42,387 nt of DNA from Perkinsus olseni (Eukaryota), in the NCBI GenBank assembly GCA_013115125.1, contig JABANN010000289.1, forward strand, positions 1 through 42,387, in the 5' to 3' direction. Positions 37,001 through 42,387 of the stretch are shown here, piece by piece; the stretch's first letter is position 1, and each line of letters opens with the position of its first letter. The translations under genes and the position numbers were made by a program. Below the pieces are notes generated by a model. The model was not told the origin of the DNA. It saw nothing but the letters and a program-made list of their open reading frames with translations, and made no database searches.

Positions 37001-37905
37001 GACTAGCTGTTGTGATTATTATAATTTTATTTCGACGCATCGTCTCTCAGTTGCCCAGCTACTAGCCTTATGCATCGATCGACTCAAGCGGCAAGTATCC
37101 GAGGTCGAAGCATGTCTGATAAAGTCTCTTGTTGACGCTGTTGGTGAGAGAACCCCAGGGGTTCAACCCCTTCACGTCTCAAATGATACCTTCCTTTCTA
37201 TCAGTCCCTAAACTTGAAGGTGTCAAGCAAATACCTGTGCTCTATCGTATGACGGCCAAGTCGGCTCCGACGACTCACAGCGCATATGTGGACAACGCCA
37301 GCAGCATCCTCACTGATTTCGCTCAGAAATACAGCAAAGATCAGTAGCAATCTCCTAGCCGTGCTCTCTTCTCTGTTGACTTCCCCTATGATGCGCTGAT
37401 CTTCTTGTCTTTCTGTCTCCTCGCCGTTTCGTGTCTACTCGGCGTTCATTCGTTTTCGGAAACTTTCCGTTGATTCGTCTTGTTTAGCGCCCTGCTGAGC
37501 TCCCGGTCAACTCTCTGTGTAGAAATTCGTAATTTCCTACGTCTGTTTCTCAGTCCCGACGAAGTGAACAAAGTGCTGATCCGTGTCGGCGACGAATGTG
37601 CAGAGAGATTCGCAGAACGGTGTGAAGCCGTCCTGGAGAAGGAGGAATCTTTGAGTCGGTTCACGCATCAAACGAAGGGTAGGAAGAAGTAGTGATTTGA
37701 ATGTATCACTGTTCTCCATCCAGGTTCAGTAGCCTCATCTGAGTTTTCGGACATCGACAAGTTACGGGCGCAGTTGTGGTTGGATGCGTCCCATTTCATC
37801 GCTGCATTGCCCGAAACAGAGTCCTTGAGCATCCAAGCCCTCCGCGATGCGACGAAGTCGGGGAAACTCGTTACTGATAGATATATACCAACTACGGCGG
37901 TCTGA
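34043..37905 (+). CDS. COG2: Conserved oligomeric Golgi complex subunit 2, multi-exon
   Basis: N-terminal MAGVAVPLSEF...ENK|IQEELVQLINDHYSEFIGLSTKMED matches the COG2 'VELINxDYxDFVxLS' block. Also PSVFMPTYPVQFAENYAAAQDFI, YFSLRQREIA, LEGVKQIPVLYRMTAKSAPTTHSAYV and C-terminal SDIDKLRAQLWLD. Stop TGA 37903-37905. Confidence 0.88.
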
Positions 37906-38042
37906 GAAAGGTTTCCATGAAAGATGAGATGGAAGAGTTGGTGGTTCAATAGGAGTATGAACGCACATGAGGGTGAGAAGAAGTTCCAGGGTGTGAGGGA
38001 GTTGCAGCACGCAAGCTCCTATCTTGCAAAGCGCTTGCGGGT

Positions 38043-39200
38043 TTACTTGCTTTTCACCATCAGCTTTGAGACAAAAGAATAGTACCTATCGCGCGTAGCC
38101 TGCATGGTCGTTACTTCAACTGCTTCTGCAGTTGTTGCGAACAAGTACAAGGTATTGTTCATCAGAAAGTGTCTCAAATCGAAGTCGTGCGTCGTCAGGG
38201 GCGCCTCATCATCCCTGCAGTGGTGAAACTTGTCACTTTGGAGTGTCATTCCATTGAGGTCATTCCACACGGGTTTAAATATCATGTATCATGTTAAAGG
38301 CGACAGCCTTGTGGCCATGACGTTAGTCCACAGAATACAGTTACTGCATCGTACAACGCCAACAAACACCGCGACTATAACAACAGAAAGCAGAATTGTC
38401 TTCCTGGAAGACTCCCACGCCTGGTCCGACCAGGCGTGGGTTCTTATCTCACAGTGGGCTTGGAGGGCCCACCATGATGAAAAACCCGATGTTGTACCGT
38501 ATTTTTTAACGACACTCATATAGCACCTTGCAGCTGCGTCCTTGGAAGGGTGCTTTACTTTGTGCCACGGCCCTCCCCGTCTTAGTCACGAACTGGGAAA
38601 ATTCCATATTTCCAAGCGCGAACTCCTGCCACCTACTCGGCTGCCATGGGAAATCGAAGAACTCGCTGTTGCCGATAATAATCTCTTCATCATCTCCGGT
38701 AGAGGCGCCTTCAGCGTCTATGTGCTGTATGAGTCCCCTGGGACATCTGGTATCCTGGCAAACCCCAGTAACGACACCGCTCATCGATTGTGCCGCGTTT
38801 CACCACTTCCTCTTGATGTGCGAAATGCCGTGGTAGATGGGGTATAAGTTGGCCTACTGGGTTCTCCCCCCGACGAAGCAACTCCACGACTATCATTAGG
38901 TTTATTCGGGAATCAAATGTCCAACAGACTGGACGAGCGTGGTCTAGGACAGATTCTGGAGTTAAAGGAATCCTTTAACTCGATGTGACTGGCGCCGAGG
39001 AGGTTTCTCGACGGAGGTTGTTGGTCACTGCTCGCGTTGATGGTGAACGCGACGCTTGTCTTTGCGTTCATTTCGTTTGGTTCCTCGTTCGTTAAAGTGT
39101 ATTGTGGTTGCGCTAGGCAAGCAAGGTTTGTGCCAAACACTGGTGGCACTACTTGTGTTGGTCTCTGCCGATCTCACGCAGTTTTGTTATCTTCCACTGA
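38043..39200 (-). CDS. Possible multi-exon hypothetical gene convergent on COG2
   Basis: Run of open minus-strand segments (38913-39149, 38711-38896, 38506-38784, 38289-38519, 38043-38285) with plausible splice sites. No domain recognised. Confidence 0.3.
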
Positions 39201-40574
39201 GGAGGTCCTCGCCACTCTGCTCGCCAAAGTATCGATGTGCTCGGTTGATGAAAGACCTTACAATGTAGTGGCCACCCGAGACTGGGAGATATGTGTCAAT
39301 GTTCACCTTTTCATCATCGACTACCCGGAGCGACCTAGAACTTAAAGTGTCACTTTAAAAGTGATGATGTTATCCCGATCACTGAGGAGATCAGATGTTT
39401 TCGTTTGTGGGCGCAGCATGTGTCCAATCGTCGGCGTGAGATAACCCAATGAGGTACCGTCGTTTTCATTTGATGTTTATATCACTCCACCTTTGAGTGG
39501 TGTGGAAGTCGTGGCGCACGTAGTGATTGTGGTGTGAAAGTGTTTCAATATAGCTGCCACTCAACGATGAATAACATTCATAGCCTTTGAAGCCGATCAG
39601 CGTTGACGCTCACAACAGTGTTGTGAGCAAACTGAGCACTCTGATGTCAGGGCGTTCGCGGGGAGCGTTTGCTCTGTGTGATCGTAGACATTAATCTAGG
39701 TAGGCTAGAGCTTGTATTGCGAAGAAAAGTTAATGTTCAGTCTCTATTGGTTTGTGGTCCTTACTGGTTGGACCATCCTTACGTGAAGTACTATCGTTGC
39801 AAGTTGCAACTTGCAACCCAAGGCTCGGTGGGTTGATTATTATCTATCCATTAGTATCGGTTGGTTGTGTTAATCTAGTGGGATGAGTGCATCCTCTCGC
39901 GACACTGAGAACATTGACATGGAAACCCAAAACGGCTCCCAACTTGGGAGTCCCAAGAACGCCCTAGAATGTCTTACTCTAGAAAATTCAAACTACCTTG
40001 GAAGCAGTCTGCTTCAAGCAGAGAAACAGGGGGCATGATCCGGAACTGAGAAAAAGAGAAGTTCAAGGCGTCGTGAACTTAAAGAGGTAAGTTTATTACT
40101 GAATAATCCACGGGCTGAGACTCGAGGCGTTCTACTAGCCGGCGACTAGTAGCCTCTGCTCACTAGCGGGTTAGTGCAGAGCTCTCGGTTCAGGTGCTCA
40201 GCATGCTGCAAGACTCTGCAAGTGAAACTCACGAGTCCGTCCTGCCTCATTGGATGATAATGGCCTCTGCGCAGGGCCCTATGTTGGCACAAGCGACAGA
40301 AGTCTTCCGGCAGTTGACCTGCTTCCCGAGCACGTTGGTAGTGGCGGATCGCCTATGAGCTGAGGTGAAAGACCTTGAGCAACGTGATCAAGATATACGG
40401 AGGATGAGAGTGAGACTCACTCAGAACTCACTCAGTGAGTTCTCCTGAGTTAGTCCATGTAGTATGATAGCATCGTGAAGACCTATTGTGTTGTCACTTA
40501 TCGCATCATTAGCAGTGGTACTACTTATCATTCCAATTTGCGTTTCCGCGGATCGTGGTCCATAGGACATGAAG

Positions 40575-41350
40575 TTGAGATGCATACCTAGGAGAATTAT
40601 GACGTGATGGTCAGGGTGTCTGGAACACGGCATTTCTTGCAGCAGTCGTTGGTGCGCCGGCTATATGAAGAGGAGTGGGAGGATGGCGCCTGAGATAGGT
40701 ACGGCTATTCATCTAACCGACTCCCCATGGCTCACTCCTCTAGGTGTTACTCGGTGGGTAAGTGGAATTAAGTCGCTTTACAGACTGCTGCATAATTGGA
40801 ACATACTGGCACGACTCATGGACAGCATGGAAGGCAGGCTGCCTTCCATGCTCGTCCCAGCTGCCTTAGGCAGCTGGGACGAGTGAGTCACCCGTGAATC
40901 ACGGACCGTGATAAAGCCATTAGGGAGGAGTTGAGGTTGGCCAGAATGATTCCGTGATTCAGAATCACTTTCGACAGCACATTGTGTCTCATGTAACACA
41001 CCTACCGCAGAATTCTCGCTCTCACGCCAAGTTCATCCTCAGGTTGACAGATAAAATCAGGGAACTCCACTCGGTACTGGCTCCCTCAGGGAGCCTCCCT
41101 GTATCCGAGACCAAGCGCAACGAGCCAGAGAGCAGGAGGGCATGGACTTGCTGCGACCTCTCGTTGACCTGAGTAACACATCGCAATCCGACAGCTGCTC
41201 ATTCATGGAAGGGGTAAAATTGATGGACGAGACGTTGAGCCAGATGAAACACAACCCTGTCCTCGCCAAGGAATCCATCCAGCTCGTGGATCAAAGGTAC
41301 TACGTACACGTGTGGAACACGATTCACACGCAATTCCCAATGGGAATTCA
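40575..41350 (+). mobile_element. Degenerate hAT-superfamily transposase fragment
   Basis: LTPLGVTRWVSGIKSLYRLLHNW (40731-40800; cf. hAT TRWNS...LxRLL), followed by DLLRPLVDLSNTSQSDSCSF..VDQRY (41145-41300; cf. LLxPxxxxTxxLQSD). Interrupted by stops and insertions. Confidence 0.6.
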
Positions 41351-41477
41351 TGTCAATGGGAATTTCCCATACGACCCTAACGATCTTCGCATAAATTCGC
41401 GTCGAAAGATTGAATTGGGCAATGGGGTCCTCTTGAATTCCTGCAGCCTGGGAATACTCTGCAAGTGCTTACTCTGC

Positions 41478-41528
41478 AGGGCTCTCTGTCAGAGGCTACA
41501 GCAGCTGTAGCCTCTGACAGAGAGCCCT
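41478..41528. repeat. 51-bp palindrome: 25-bp perfect arms with 1-nt spacer
   Basis: agggctctctgtcagaggctacagc-a-gctgtagcctctgacagagagccct. Confidence 0.95.
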
Positions 41529-42387
41529 TGCTCAGCAGCTGAGCCTCAGCTGTAGTACAGCTGCGTACCTAGTTATATTCGTTCTGCGTCAACCTTCCTT
41601 TAACCGAAATCATTTCGATTTGCGATTCGTAGATCACGCATCGTAGTATGACAACTTATTTACTACCCTCCCCTACTCCGTCTCATAAGTTGTTTCTGAT
41701 TTTCAGGGCGCGAGCCGAAAGCTCCGGCCCGAAGGTGCTGAGCACCAGGTGCTCATCCGCTAATCCTCCTTTGTCTACTCGGCTCTCCAGAGCGATCGTG
41801 GAGCGCCGGGCACGGGTTGTCATGTAGAAGACTCTTCTAAGAAGAGCTTAGAATGAAAGGCCGACGACCGCCCCGCCTCACCGGAGCAACCTGCGACACT
41901 ATAAAGCTAACCGGTAGCGTGACCATCGCTTCGCTAGCCCGTGCTGATATGCACCGTCTCTAGTGCATCGGGTGCACTGTGCACATTCTCGGCATTTGCG
42001 CTAACCATAGATTTGTTCCACGATTCTCAGACCTACGACACTCTAGGGCACGAAAATGAAGCGGGAGGGGTACTTCGTTCTCCCGTCTTCACCCCTCGCG
42101 CCGGTGGCAAGTAGCCCTGGGCATCTAGTTCTTGTGCACAAGTTTCATTTCTTAAAGGCCCTCGGGGTGTCGGGAATCCCGACTCGTTATCCGATAAGTT
42201 ATCCTGCCAATTTTGTCTCTTCCGTACCGCTTTTTGCGAAGGAGAGCAGGGTGGCTGAAGGCTGCGGAAGAATCATTATTCCCTTCCCCAATAATTCCCG
42301 TTTTAGTTCCCGGGAATAATGACCGCCGTGGATGGGGACGAATGGACCCCATTTGGGGAACTATCGTGGAAATCGCCATATGCCCCT

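Noticed and set aside
1-42387. CRISPR array, prokaryotic operon or defence system, rRNA/tRNA, spliced-leader relic
   Set aside because: No regularly spaced repeat-spacer array and the genes are spliceosomal. I saw no tRNA or rRNA signatures and no CCGTAGCCAT.TTGGCTCAAG-like sequence by eye.

Overview
Eukaryotic, intron-rich genomic DNA from an alveolate protist, most plausibly a perkinsid (Perkinsus-like). This assignment is inferred from the TGH-type MAP kinase, the many short GT/GC-AG introns and the lineage-specific secreted proteins. The ORF track is mostly misleading because the genes are spliced. I assembled four conserved multi-exon genes by hand: TYW1 (~12711-18425), an apicomplexan MAP2/MAPK3-type kinase (20354-24052), an ABHD17/ABHD13-like hydrolase (24284-26545) and COG2 (34043-37905). 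There is also a calmodulin/myosin-light-chain-like gene (2203-3705). The accessory regions hold several orphan signal-peptide genes, a decaying tandem paralog cluster (6-11 kb), and eroded Tc1/IS630, Ty3/gypsy and hAT transposon relics. Three patterns are not explained by these genes: (1) dozens of perfect palindromes with exactly one unpaired central base, concentrated in non-conserved DNA; (2) a 13-14 bp motif CGCGCCACGAAAT(T) in both orientations near splice donors of all four housekeeping genes; (3) gene-specific use of an unusual GTNRTA splice-donor class. All exon boundaries are manual predictions with no transcript evidence.
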